From assembly GCA_028534125.1 (NCBI GenBank), contig CM052817.1, positions 64,358,001-64,422,000 of the forward strand: a stretch of 64,000 nt of DNA, read 5' to 3'. The notes under the pieces are model-generated. The model saw only the letters and a program-made list of their open reading frames with translations, made no database searches and was not told the origin of the DNA. This document shows, in pieces, positions 48,876-61,742 of the stretch (its first letter is position 1; each line of letters opens with the position of its first letter). The DNA is from Lama glama (taxonomy: Eukaryota). A program made the translations under genes and the position numbers.

Positions 48876-49780
48876 AAAACACAAAATATATTCTAACCAA
48901 CTAGCAATAAAGAAAATGAGTTGAAAGGAAGATGGGCAAAATGCAGCCTTTGTCAGTAGCCCAGGCAGCACTCCTGATTTTGACTAAGTTTGCAGGTCCA
49001 GGCAGTGTGGACTACCACTTGTTCCCCCAGGACAGCAATGCCCTGCAAATGGAGCCACTCCCTGGAGTCTCCTAGGGAACAGGAGTCAGCTGGCCTCTCT
49101 CTGCTTGTCCCCATCAGCAAGTCAGTCTGTGTTGAGCCAAGAAAGTGGCAGGTGGGCTACATCGGATGACATCTTCATGTGACCATGAAGGTGGTATTCT
49201 GCTAACAGAAGGGAACTCAATCTCAATTGGCCAAGTCAATTAGGAATTTGATTCTACCTATAGGAAGAGGATTTTATACATCAGCACTCATAATGGTCTC
49301 CATTAACTTGTATTACAAAAACTGGTTGTAATGTTAGACCAAGGTTTCAGTCTGAGCTACAGTGAAAGCTCCACAAAGTGAGAGCTAATTCCACCAAACT
49401 GACTTTGCCTCTTGCATTTGTGGGTAGTTTCATGACGCTAGTCAGGATCATTAGCTCATTTTACTACCTGTGAGGTCTTTTCAGCCTCCACTGGGTCTTT
49501 TCCCTGCCAAATTCTCCCTGATATTATAATTCAGGAGCTTTGAGAAACATGAAATTTATGATCTGGGATTTTGCTAGTTGTATAATGCAATGCTCTCAAT
49601 TTCATTAAAAAAAACTGCTTCAAAATAACTTTAGGGGATAAATTTTGTGATGCAGGACAACATTAAAGCTGAATTCTTCAGAGGGCCAGATGTCCATGCC
49701 TCAAGTATTAAATTCCCCTCCTAGATACAACTCTCTCGATAGCATCATAATTAAAAACAGAAACTTCTAAGTAAGATGGA

Positions 49781-50179
49781 ATTTTTTTTTCCGTTGTCAT
49801 TTTTTTTTCATTTTAAAACCCTTTTTACTGAAGCATAACACAGACATGAAAAGTGCACAAATCTAATGTGTACGGCTCAGTGAATTTTCTTATTACAAGA
49901 AATTGAATATAGTTCCCTGTGCTATGCAGTAGGTCCTTGTTGTTTATCTATTTTATATAGTAGTGTGTTAATCCCAAATTCCTCATTTATCCCTCCCCCA
50001 CCCCCACTTTGGTAACCATAAGTTTGTTTTCTATGTCTGTGAGTCTATTCCTGATTTATAAATAAAATTTGTATCTTATTTTTAGATTCCACATATAAGT
50101 GATATCATGTGACATTTGTCTTTCTCTGTCTGACTTACTTCACTTAATATGATAATCTCTAGGTCCATCCATGTTGCTA
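49781..50179 (-). mobile_element. Chimeric L1 3' sequence between 71-bp direct repeats
   Basis: 49781-49890 old-type L1 tail ('gaaaagtgcacaaatc...tgtacggctcagtgaattttc') joined to younger L1 3'UTR ('ttgaatatagttccctgtgctat...aggtccatccatgttgct'). Confidence 0.8.
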
Positions 50180-50220
50180 AAATTCCCCTTCTAGATACAG
50201 TTCTCTCGACAGCATCCTAA

Positions 50221-50455
50221 TTAAAAGTTTAAACTCCAAAGTAAGACAGAACCGGGTTTCAATCTCAGTTCTCACAGTGAGGCCTCAGATGAATTACCCA
50301 CGTCTTTAGGCTCAGTTTCCTCATCTGTAGAATGATGATAATAACTGCATTTACCTCATAGAATTATTATGAGGAATTTAAATGAAACAATGCTTGCAAC
50401 ATGCTTAATAACTCCTGGCAAATCTCATCGCTGAAGAACGTAACTGCCATCATTA
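50221..50455 (+). mobile_element. MIR SINE
   Basis: 'ggctcagtttcctcatctgtagaatgatgataataac...tacctcatagaattattatgagg'. Confidence 0.8.
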
Positions 50456-52149
50456 TTCATCAGGTATTTGCCCCCTGCCATGTGGCAGACGCTGTGCTCA
50501 TCCCCGGAGCTGCAGCAGAAGGAGACGGTTCTTCTCAGGAGGCCAAGGTAACTGTGTCTGATGCGTAACAACTGCTGAGGGCCGGCTGGCTTTTGACAGG
50601 ATTAAACCAGTCAATGATGGGAACTACAGGAGAACTCAACTCTAAGCAGAGGTCCTAGTCACAAAGCAAGCTCCCACCTAGAAAGGTCAACCCATCTAGA
50701 GCAATACCCTGAATTTATAAAAAGTTACAACGGTTTAATTTTAAAAAGCAACACACCAACAGAAAAATGGTCAAAGACAGGAAATTCACAGAAAGAAATA
50801 CAAATAATGGAAACAATGAATGCATAAAGATGACTTGAGAATAAGATTCATATGCTTTCTATTATCTGTGGACATGTATTAATTTAATAATTATTTTTTA
50901 ATTATTATTTTCATGTTACAAGGCTCCATGGAACTAGGCTTAAAATATCTATAAATGAAGCATTTACTCTCCTCTACAACCCCCGAGTTACAAGCACGTT
51001 GGAATTTTGGAATTTCGTCATGATCTTGCTGCAAAAGAAAAGGCCTGTTGAGGTCATTTCAAAGAGTAAGTCTTGGCAGGGCATTTTACAGGTAAAGAGA
51101 ATGTCAAATCATCATTGTTAAACAAGGAAGAGAAAGCAAAGAAGGTTTGATTATTGGTCCCAAGACTCCTGACTGATAGTCATCTAAGTAGAGGGAGACT
51201 GGTTCTCAGAATAAGTGTTAATTCCATTAAAGTTTACCAGAAAATTGCTTATGCATTTTTTTCATTTCTTCCCAGAATGAGGCTGTAAGTTATATCAGAC
51301 CCAGAAGAGGTTTCGGACCATCTTTCTTTCACATCTTTTAGTCCTTCTTGTCTTCCAATAGTTGTTACTCCTGTGACAAGTGCCCTTTCTGGGGAGTTAT
51401 CTGATCCAGAATCCTGGACATTAATCTCTCCGTTGCACTTTCAGGTCCAATCACCAAGTCCTGGGTCCTATCTCTTAAGTAAATCCCTCAACTCAGTGCC
51501 TTCTTTCCAAAGCCACCACCACTACCTTAGCTGAGACCCTGACTGGTTATTTCACACATGGATTCCTAGGGTAACTTCCTATTTGACCTCTAAGCGTCTA
51601 AGTCAAACTGCCTGGTCAGAACTCACTGGTTTTGCTATTACCAAAAGATACAGCTGACATTTAAGTATTTCCTGGTTCCCCAATTGCAGCAACTTTTACT
51701 TTATACTTTGATCACATTTATATTCTTTAATACTATTTTTCCACGAGTCCTTTGAAAAGATGACTATTACAATCAGAGGAAAATGATGTTTTAAATTCTG
51801 ATAAATCAAAGTTAGCCTATAAAAGGGTCTCAAAGTCATTAGACCATGAATGAATTCTGATGTTATTAAATATAGCATGTATATATTATAAGAATACTGA
51901 AAGAATTGTTAGAAATTTCATTGAGGATTTTCTGTGCAGTTTGGAGTGAAAAATAAAGAATCATGTTGTGCCCAGAAAGCCTCTCCCCACGGGCAGGGCG
52001 ACCATACTTCCTAAGTGACCAAGGAGCGTTCTAGTTCCAGTTCATGCCTGGGGTGTCCTGGAATAGTCATTATTTATCCAGCTTGGGCAATAAACATTGT
52101 ATCACTATACTTAGAATGGACATCTCATATAACTTCCTCCTTTTTTCTT

Positions 52150-52585
52150 GTAAAAGGATTCCTTTGCTTGGAAAGTACCCATAATAGGGATTCCAATAGG
52201 GCTGAACCCTACCTGCTACTCCCTCAAGCCTCAACCTCCATAGACAGACACATGCCTCCAGTGTGGCCAGTTAGAACAGCCCATATCTTGCACCGCAGTT
52301 TCGGGATAAGCATATGACCCAAGCTAGCCCATCAGAGTCCTTCCTGGAACAGTTTTACAGACTTTTTTGGAAAAATTCTCTTTTATTCGGGTTTGCTCAG
52401 TTGGTATGAGCATTGGGGTCTCAGTGACTCCTTAGCCTGCCATGTGGAGAAAGCCTGTCTCAAAGTGGGACCACCACAGTGAGCTCCTGAATCCAGCTGT
52501 GCCTCAAGTCAGCTGCATTCCAGACTCCTCAGTTCAATGAGACATGACTCTAAAAAAAATTTACAACGAAAATACTTCTAATTAA
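52150..52585 (+). mobile_element. Old MaLR LTR (MLT1J/K/L-like)
   Basis: 'gcatatgacccaagctagcccatcagagtccttcctgg', 'gagctcctgaatccagctgtgcctcaag'. Confidence 0.6.
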
Positions 52586-53159
52586 TATGCCCTCTCTCCA
52601 ACTCCCCTTCCAGCGTATGACGTGAACCCCTCCAAAGAAACTGAACATTATATGGAAGCCCGCAAAAGTGGAGGTTTCCATTCTTGAGATTTCTCTGATG
52701 GAAAATAGAACACATATTAGTTAAAGCACTTAATAATACTTATTAACAAAAAGAAAATCATTGGTAAAATTATAACCGCAAGGGAGTAACCAGGGGATTT
52801 GAGGTGCAGCTCTTGCAAAACACAAGGGAACTCTCAGAGAAGGAGCAGGCTGCTCACTGCATGTTAATGGCTCTTTTTGAGATAAGAACCTGCAGGAAGC
52901 ACATGGTTCCTGGTTGTTTGTGGCTTATTTGCCAGATGCTGTCTAATTCTCACCCTCTTTCTTACCCCATCCCCAGCCTCCACAGATTCAGGAGTTGGTG
53001 TGGGGCAAGGTTCTGCAATGCGGTGACACTGCTGTTCTGCACGTCACTTGGTAATTTTTAAGAGCTGAAAAATGTAATTACTTTTACGCCACCTCAAAAT
53101 ATCCCCAAATCAAAACACCTGCATCAAAGCAGCAGCTTCAAAGTGTCAAGCATCTGCTG

Positions 53160-53740
53160 CCTCTTCCTGACTGGCCTTGCCCCCTTAATTTAGTTTTCAT
53201 CCAGACTCCCGAGGGATTTTTACAAGATGAAAATCTCATCTAATCATGACTGTATTTAAAGTCGCTCTGGCTCCTGTTCCCCCTTCTCCCACCTCAGCCC
53301 CACGTGGCTTTCAGGCTCCAGTTATACTGAGCTGTACACAGTGCCCTGAATGCCCACGTGAGTCAGTCCCCCCATGCCTTCACAAACCCCTTCCTCGGCT
53401 TGAAGGTCCTTCTCCCCATCCTGCCTGACGAACTCCTCTGGGGTCACCTTCTCTGAGAAATACTCCATGTCTCCCCAGACGGGGTTAGGTAGGCGTTTCT
53501 TGCTCTGGGCTCCCACAGCATTCTGCGCTGATCCTCTGACATCACACTTACTCCTTCAGTAGAATTACTTGCTCTCCTATTTGTCTCTCTTGATAGGCTG
53601 AGAATCCCTCGAGGGCAGAGGATAAGTCTTTATCTTTGTAGCCTTTGAACTCGGCATAGTACATCGCACAGCAATTGTTCAATAAATGTTTACTGAATGA
53701 GTGAATACATAAATAAATGTATGAGTGAATAAATGAATAA
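53160..53740 (+). mobile_element. L2 3' end
   Basis: 'ccctcgagggcagaggataagtctttatctttgta...ttcaataaatgtttactgaatgagtgaat'. Confidence 0.75.
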
Positions 53741-54344
53741 TAAACTGAGCATAAAAACCCAACCAAAATAGGATGATTACACTGGGTCTGTCTCATAGTG
53801 ATACAACTTCCAACTTGCTCATGTGCAGTTTGAAGTCGTTAGTTTCCTGCCTTCCCCACAGGGAGAAGGGGCGTGTGTGCTGATCTTTAGGGTTTGGGAA
53901 TAAGGTCCTGTTCACCTTTAGTTGTACTTCAATGGCATGATGGTTCATTTGCCAAAAGTTTAAGGACTCTGATCTGAATTAGGTGAGATGTTTCCTGGAT
54001 ATTAAATTAGATGTTACATGAGATGATACATGTGAAGCACAGCGCACGGCACAAGTAGACATACTAGCTATGGTTACCATGTCATCACCACCACCAAAAT
54101 CATCATCATCATCATTATCAGCATTAAAGAGGCGTCTTGTTGGATGTACAGCAGTAGAGCATAGAGGTCAGAGAGCATAGGATTTAAGAGTTCAACTGTG
54201 CCTGAGTTTGTACCCTGTTTCCACCACCGGATGGACCCACAGGATCCATTCTTGACTGTTGGTCTTTAAAAGGTATCTTAATGATTTGAATCTAATTTTC
54301 CTAATCTGTAAAACAAAGATGTATTCGTTTTACAAGATGGATGG

Positions 54345-55185
54345 ATTTCTCTGTGCCAAGAATCATTCTGGGTACCTGAGATCCACAGTGAATAAAACAA
54401 AAATCCCCACCCTCATGGGGTTTACACTGTCAAAATAAAATCTAGCAGAACAAATAAAATAGCTCAAAAAATTTGACAGTGACAAGTGCCATGACTGAGA
54501 GAGAAGGCAGGATGCAGATGGGGAGTGGACAGGACTGCATTGTAAGTAGGGTGGCCAGGCACAGGCATGGCAAGACGGGGAGGTTTGTGTGAAGACCTGA
54601 AAGTGGAAAGGGAGTGAGCAGAGAGGAGCAAGAACAAGGGCCAGCGTGGGAGCTGAGGGCACAGCACGAAGTCAGAGCAGTGTCCGGACGATCTCGGAGA
54701 CCTGCTGTACGGTCTTGGACTTTTCTCTGAGTGAAGGCTCATTGGAGGGTTTTACATGAAGGCGTGACTTGACCTTACAGGTTCGTGCTGATGATGTGCT
54801 GAGAACAGCTGAATGAGGACCAGGGTGGAAGTGAGGAGGCCACAGTAATAATTCAGCGTAGATGGTGAAAGGAAGCCTCATGGCCTGCTTTCCTTCCATC
54901 TCACAGAAAATTGTTATTTTATTAGAATTGGCAGCTGCTGGGAAATTATTGTACTTAATGCACAAACTGTGATGCCTACAGTGTGAATGGCAATGCCTTA
55001 CCTTGTGAAGTGTGCAACCTGCACAACCACATGTGTTGGGAGGAAGAGAGAGAGAATATTAAAGGTGACTTTCAGGTTTTTGGTGTAGCAACAAGGATAA
55101 AATTTCCATGAGGAAGGTTAGTGGTGCGGGCAGGCAGGAGATCCATTCCGAGCTTGTTAAACGTTAGATGTGTTGCCATTGAGCA
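54345..55185 (-). mobile_element. L2 fragments
   Basis: 'cagtgaataaaacaaaaatccccaccctcatggggtttacact', 'cttggacttttctctgagtga...cattggagggtttt'. Confidence 0.7.
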
Positions 55186-55334
55186 TAATAATATAACCTG
55201 TCTCACATGAATGCTCCGAGGTTTAAGTCAGTGTATGTGAGCAACAAAAGCTGTCAGTAGTTGCTCAGTAAATGCAGGGCCCTATAATTATCAGATACCT
55301 TGAATTTCCAACATATACATTTAAGTTTAGAATG

Positions 55335-55396
55335 TATATATGTAAAATATATGTGTATATATATTATATATTATATATACATATATATATATATAT
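55335..55396. repeat. (TA)-rich microsatellite
   Basis: tatatatgtaaaatatatgtgtatatatattatatattatatatacatatatatatatatat. Confidence 0.9.
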
Positions 55397-55528
55397 GCAT
55401 CTATGTAGATTTAGGATCATCTTCTAAGTGGTTAGCATTCCAGGCTCGCTATTCCCAAACATAATTCTAAAACTTCAACCCAGACTAATCTATTATCAAA
55501 TTATAAATAAGGAAGTTGCTATTTTTAT

Positions 55529-55553
<25 letters not shown>
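55529..55553. repeat. (AC)n microsatellite
   Basis: About 12 AC units read directly. Confidence 0.95.
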
Positions 55554-55559
<6 letters not shown>

Positions 55560-56024
55560 GAGTCTGTCTGTCTATCTATTTTTTGATAAAAGCATGTGAA
55601 TGTGCATGTCTGGGGGAGTTGTTTGTTTTGCAAAGTCCTCTCTCCTCTTCCCTTGCTGCACATTTGGGCTCTTTGTCCTGATAGGGTAATAATATACAAA
55701 TAAGTGAGAAACCACTGAAGAACAGAATTGATTATCTTTTAGAATGACTTTCTGTTTCTAATCAGACCCAACAAAGCAAGAATGCTCAAATCTAGGTTGT
55801 AAAAATGAAATTACATCTCGGTTTTTATTACCTATGAGACCACTGAAGGAGAGTACTCTGATGTGACTTTTTAAAAATTCCCCTGTCAGCATGTAACTGT
55901 TACAATCAAGTGGGGCAGGTTTCTCTCCCACTGACTCTTCTTATTCTCTGGGCCACACCAAGCTAGACCACTAAGAGAGTTTTGGGTAAGGTTAAGACCC
56001 TCTTTTGAATGTTCTGAATATCAT

Positions 56025-56930
56025 ATTTTTAAAGCAGTTTTATTGAGATATGTAAAAGTCACTCATCTGAAGTTTATAATTCAGTGAATTTCAGTATAGT
56101 CACAGAGTTGGACAACTATCACCACAGTCTAATTTTAGACCATCTGTATCATCTCCCGAAGAAATCATGTACTCAGTGGCAGTCACTCCCTATTCCTCAT
56201 CACTTTCTACATCCAGCACTACCCTAGGCAAATACTAATCTATTTTTTTTTAATAGTTTTGCCTATTCTGGACATTTCATATAGATGGAATCATACAAAA
56301 TGTAATCTTTTGTGACTGGCTTCTTTTACTTAGCATGTTTTTGAGATTTATCTATGCTGTAGCATATATAAGCACTTCATGTGTTTCTATGGCCAAATAA
56401 TATTCTACTCTATAGAAACACTATATTTTGTTTATCGATTCATCAGTGATGGACATTTGGGTTGTTTCCACTTTGGAGCTGTTATGAATAGCCTGCTGCT
56501 ATAAACATTCATATATAAGTTTTTGTAAAGACTTAACATATTTTTATTTTTCTGGAGTGTATACCTAGGAGTATATATGATGGGTTATGAGGTAACTTTA
56601 TATTGAACTTTCGGAGAAACTGTCAAACTTTTTTTCACAGTGGCTACACCATTTTTACTCCCACCAGCAATGCATAGGGGTTCCAATGTCTCCACGTCCT
56701 CCCCAATACTTGTTATTTCCATCTTTCTTATTACAGCCATCCTGGTGTGGGGGAAGTCATACCTGGTTGTGACTTTAACTAGCATTTCCCTAATGACAAA
56801 TGATGTTGAGCATGTTATCATGTGGCATACGGGCCACTTTGTATATCTCCACTGGGGAAATGTCTCTTCTTTGTCCATTTTTAGAGTGAGTTCTCTTTTT
56901 ATTATTGATTTTTAAAGTTTTTTGTATTTC
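56025..56930 (-). mobile_element. L1MB-like 3' region
   Basis: 'gcagttttattgagata...caactatcaccacagtctaattttag...ttgcctattctggacatttcatatagatggaatcatac...gcatttccctaatgacaaatgatgttgagcat'. Confidence 0.88.
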
Positions 56931-58446
56931 TTTTTTTTTTCCAGAGCAGTTAAAGACTTTATTAGCAACACAAAGGCACACCTTCAAGAGCTGAAGGTAG
57001 GCTTATTCAAAGACAGATAGCCCAGCCTCAGTATCTCTTAATCTCCCTTTTACATTGTCCATTGCTTTGTGTGTGTATATGCTGCACTCTGGGTAATTTT
57101 TTCACATCTGTCTTCTACTTCAGTAACTCTCTCTTCAGTCATGTCTAATGTGCTATTTAAGACACCTAAAAATATGACCAGGTAGATGTTAAGTGATTCA
57201 AAAAAGGCTTTTTCATACAAAAAAATAATTGTAATCTAAAACTTAATTTCTAGACCTATTCTGCTTCTTGGTATTAACTTGCCTAAACTTCTCAAAAGTG
57301 CATTTAAAATCTGTATATACACTATATGTAAGTTATACCTCAATTTTAAAAAAGATTAAAAGCTTAGACTCAAAACCTGGCTCAAAAACTTAATTGATGA
57401 TGTAAATAGTGTGAGGTAAAGAGAGTAAAGGCAGAGATTACAGTGTGTTTGAGTCAAGAAAAATAGGCATTCAGTAAATGTTCATTGAAGGATCAATACA
57501 TGAATGAATAAGTGAATAATTAATGTAACAAGACTAGTTTTCATGTATGGCTTTGCAATACTAGTGTCATTATTTTGTAGTTACATCTCATAGAGTTCTG
57601 TAGTTCATATGTCCCTTGGCTGCTATTGGTGACTAACATCATTGTCTGGTAGAATGTTCTGTGTTCTTGCAATGTAGAAAGAACTTCCAGGCTGCAAGAA
57701 TTGTGAAACAACACTGTTGTAACCAAATAAACTCAGATGATTTTCTTTCCTGATTTCTCAAATATCCGTATTTGAGAACATGACTTTCTCTGTGCTCAAG
57801 TACTATTTTACAGGACAGTATCATTCAGTCATGTAGTTTTTATGCCTTTCTGGCCAACAGAAGTCAATGTGGAGGCAACTGGTAGACCTAACTTTGAGGC
57901 ATTGTTCTAAAATGTGCTCTCAGAATATGGCTATTCCCCTGGCAGGTTCACAGGGACAAGCAAAGAGATTTTGGTTCAATGTACATTTCACAAATTTGAA
58001 ATAAAAGATTAATTGTGATTTTCACAGAAAAGCTATTATAGTCTTAACAACCAGCTCATTATTAAAACTTGCATTATGCTTTATCAGAGGAGTCAGCTCA
58101 AATCTAACATTATGACTCATTTTATTATTTCTCTAATTGATAAAAATGGACCACGGACTAAAATTCTAGGATTTCTAAAATTTAAATAATGATAAAATGA
58201 TCCCGAATAGCCAAAACAATCTTGAGAAAGGAGAACAGAGCTGGAGGAATCATGCTCCCTGACTTCAGACTTACTACAAAGCTACAGTCATCAAAACAGT
58301 ATGGTACTGGAACAAAAATAGATACATAGATCGATGGAACGGAATACAGAGCCCAGAATAAGCTCATGCACTTATGGTCAATGACTCTACCACAAAGGAG
58401 GCAAGAATATACAATGGAGAAAAGCCTCTTCAATAAATGGTGCTGG

Positions 58447-58594
58447 CAAAACGTTATGGTAACTAAGAGAGGAAAAAAATGTGACAATGAGTGTGTATAT
58501 GTCCATGTATGACTGAAAAATTGTGCTGAACACTGGAATTTGACACAACATTGTAAAATGATTATAAATCAATAAAAAATGTTAAAAAAATAAA
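58447..58594 (+). mobile_element. Young L1 3' stub inserted into the host L1
   Basis: '...tttgacacaacattgtaaaatgattataaatcaataaaaaatgttaaaaaaataaa'; perfect 15-bp TSD aataaatggtgctgg at 58432-58446 and 58595-58609. Confidence 0.9.
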
Positions 58595-59456
58595 AATAAA
58601 TGGTGCTGGGAAAACTGGAAAGCTACATGTAAAAGAATGAAATTAGAACATTTTCTAACACCACAAAATAAACTCAAAATGGATTAAAGATCTAAATGTA
58701 AGGCTGGAAACCATAAAACTCTTAGAAGAAAACATAGGGATAACACTCTTTGACATAAAAATAATAGCAATATCTTTTTCCATCTGTCTCCTAAAGCAAA
58801 GGAAATAAAAACAAAAATAAACAAATGGGATCTAATTAAACCTAAAAGCTTTGCACAGCAAAGGAAACCATCAACAAAACAAAAAGACAACATACTGAAT
58901 GGGAGAAAAGACTTGCAAATGATATGACCAATAAGGGGTTAATTTCCAAAATACATAAACAGCTCATACAGCTTAACATCAAAATACAAAAGCCAATTAA
59001 AAAATGGGGACCTGAACGGACATTTTTCCAAAGAGGACATGAAGATAGACAACAGGCAAGTGAAAAGATGCTCAACATCGTTAATCATCAGGGAAATACA
59101 AATCAAAACCACAATGAGATACCATCTCACAGCTGTCAGAATGGCTATCATCAAAAAGAACACAAATAACAAACGTTGGTGAGGATGTGGAGAGAAGGAA
59201 GCCCTCATACACTGTTGATGGGAAAGTAAATTGGTGTAGCCACTGTGGAAAACAGTATGGAGGTTTCTCAAAAAACTAAAAATAGAGCTATCATATGACC
59301 CAGCAATTCCACTCCTGGGTATATATCTGAAAAAGCAAAAACACTAATTTGAAAAGATACATGCCTCCCAGTGTTCGTAGCAGCATTATTTACAATTGCC
59401 AAGATATGGAAGTAACCTAAGTGTTCATCAACAGATGAATGGATAGAGAAGATGTG

Positions 59457-59457
<1 letters not shown>

Positions 59458-59509
<52 letters not shown>
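59458..59509. repeat. (GATA)n microsatellite inside L1
   Basis: About 13 uninterrupted GATA units. Confidence 0.97.
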
Positions 59510-59511
<2 letters not shown>

Positions 59512-60399
59512 GGAATACTATTGGGTCATAAAAAAGAATGGAATTTTGCCATTTGCAACAAAGTGGATGGACTTTGAGAGTATTTTGCTAAGTAGAACAG
59601 ACAAAAACAAGTACTATATCATATCACTTATATGTGGAATCTTAAAAAACCCAACAAACTAGTGAATATAACAAAAAAGAAGTAGACTCACAGATATAAG
59701 AAAGAAACTATTGATTACCAGTGGGGAGAGGGAAGGAAAAGGAACAACACAGGAGTAGGGGATTAAGAAGGTACAAACTCTTATGTATAAAATAAGCTAC
59801 AAGGATATATTGTACAACATGGGGAATATAGCCAATATTTTATAATAACTGTAAATAGAGTATAATCTTTAAAAATTGTGAATTACTATACTATATGCCT
59901 GTAACTTATAAAATATTAAACATCAACTATCCTTCAGTAAAAACTAAAATAAAAATAAAATAATGATAAAATGTATCATAAATATAAGAACTCATAAAAA
60001 TGTTATAATTGTAAACAGTAATCAGAAACTCAATGTAAATATAGAATGTGAACTTATATGCTCTGGTTTAAGGTGATCTACAAATGAGATAATTTCCCAC
60101 ATGCAGCCTAAAAATAAAATGCAAAATGGAAGTACATTGTGATGAAACATTAAACTGAAATGTACTAGCTTTATAATCCATTTGTCCCTATTCCTTGATA
60201 CACTGTTTTGAAATTTTGTCGAATAGATGTATCGAAGTCAGCAGAACTTCCTCATAAATTTTAAATAAAGAAGAGTGACCTCTATAGTAAACTAAGGAAG
60301 TTTTTCCAGTACAAGCCCTACATAATGCATTTCAAGAGACAACTGATACATTCTGTCACAAAGAGCATACACCAGTATTACTAAAATGTGATTCATAGT

Positions 60400-60405
60400 T
60401 TTATT
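60400..60405 (-). terminator. Candidate polyadenylation signal AATAAA
   Basis: tttatt on the + strand, ~180 nt downstream of the candidate stop at 60585-60587; the region is AT-rich, so chance occurrence is possible. Confidence 0.3.
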
Positions 60406-60584
60406 CCTCATTACAAAATTAGACACAAGTCATACTATTTTTAAGTTTATAAAACTTCTGTAGATAAAAATATAGTGCTTGAGAGGAAACATAATGAGTT
60501 ACTAGATAAAACTCCTTTATCAAACGGAGCCATTGGATGTCACATAATGACAATGACATATGATGTCGAAGCACTGTAACAGGT

Positions 60585-60670
60585 TCATGGGTGTGTGTGT
60601 GTTCTTCTCAGTTGGACGGAACCTCTGATATGTTGAGTATGACTCCACACTTGGCACATGGGCTGTCCAT
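60585..60670 (-). CDS. Candidate last exon (coding part) of an unidentified gene
   Basis: Acceptor 'acttctccctcatag|ATGG'; in phase 1 reads (D)GQPMCQVWSHTQHIRGSVQLRRTHTHP-stop. Confidence 0.35.
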
Positions 60671-60860
60671 CTATGAGGGAGAAGTACGTGATGGTATTTG
60701 TTCCACTTATTACTGATACCCATGCTACTATAGAGAAGAGATTTTTCATTACTTGCAAACTCCTATGTGAAAAGGGATGTGGACTGGGAAAGTACATTTG
60801 GGTCAGTGTTGACAAGTGGGAACATTCGGGAAAGGACAAAAAGAATTTGCTCCGGATTAC

Positions 60861-60997
60861 CTGACCCCACATTGTTCCACTCATTCATCGGCACTCGATG
60901 CTGAATGACTCTTGATCTTGATTTTGAGTTGAAGGAAACAATGGCAACTAAAAATATAATCAAATTATATCCACTAATGGTAAAACTGTCTAGCATG
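60861..60997 (-). CDS. Candidate internal exon of an unidentified gene
   Basis: Donor CAG|GTAATC at 60861; acceptor 'cttttttccctccacacag|' at 60997 (alternative 'tatttttag|' at 60947). The only open frame reads MLDSFTISGYNLIIFLVAIVSFNSKSRSRVIQHRVPMNEWNNVGS, in phase with the next exon. Confidence 0.4.
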
Positions 60998-61177
60998 CTG
61001 TGTGGAGGGAAAAAAAGTAGGCAGCAACTTTAAAAAGTCCACTTTTCCACACTGTCATAGGAAAAAATGTGAGTGCGAGACCATACACAGAAATTTAATT
61101 TTATTCAAAAGTACTCACATGAGACCGTATGCAGAAACATTTCTACATTCATAGCACTATTAATGCCAGGAAGGACT

Positions 61178-61300
61178 AGGGAGACCATCTAATTTATTGT
61201 CTGATCAAGGACACTTTTGAGGATGAAAGGAGGCACTTTTAATGGTTTTATTGGGATAATAGACATAAACTGAAACTGTCCCAGGGACATATGTTATCTT
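61178..61300 (+). mobile_element. hAT MITE (MER94-like)
   Basis: 'agggagaccatctaatttattgtc...ggacacttttgaggatgaaaggaggcac...taaactgaaactgtcccaggg'. Confidence 0.75.
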
Positions 61301-61585
61301 ATTAAAAACTATTCCTATGATTTCAAGTGACTTGTTTGAATATTACATGTATAATATTATCAACATATTAAATAGCTAGCATAAAATTATCACTTCAGGG
61401 ATGAAATATAATGTTAATGTTGAGGATAAGCTATTGAGATTCCTTTAAAAGCCTAAATTACGACATAAATGGTTTGACTGCTCAGTGTTTCAATTTTTTC
61501 CAATCCTGGATGATTTTCTTCACTCACTGGAGAAATAAACTGATTCTACATAATGCGTGTATTTTAAAACTTAAAGAAAATGCTT

Positions 61586-61648
61586 CAAAAAGAAAAAAAA
61601 AAGAAGAAGGAGAAGGAGGAGGAGGAGAAGGAGGAGAAGAGGAAGAAA
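61586..61648. repeat. Pure-purine A/(GAA/GGA)n tract
   Basis: aaaaagaaaaaaaaaagaagaaggagaaggaggaggaggagaaggaggagaagaggaagaaa. Confidence 0.9.
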
Positions 61649-61742
61649 TACTTTTGGAAGCTGAACTCATCCAGATGGATTTAATAATCCATCCATCTCT
61701 CCCTCCCGAGGTGACACATCCAGCCCCGAGCTTCCAGTTTAC

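Larger units (their letters stand above)
58200..59957 (+). mobile_element. 5'-truncated L1 (ORF2 tail, 3'UTR, A tail)
   Basis: Continuous L1 text; perfect 16-bp TSD aaataatgataaaatg at 58184-58199 and 59958-59973. Confidence 0.95.
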
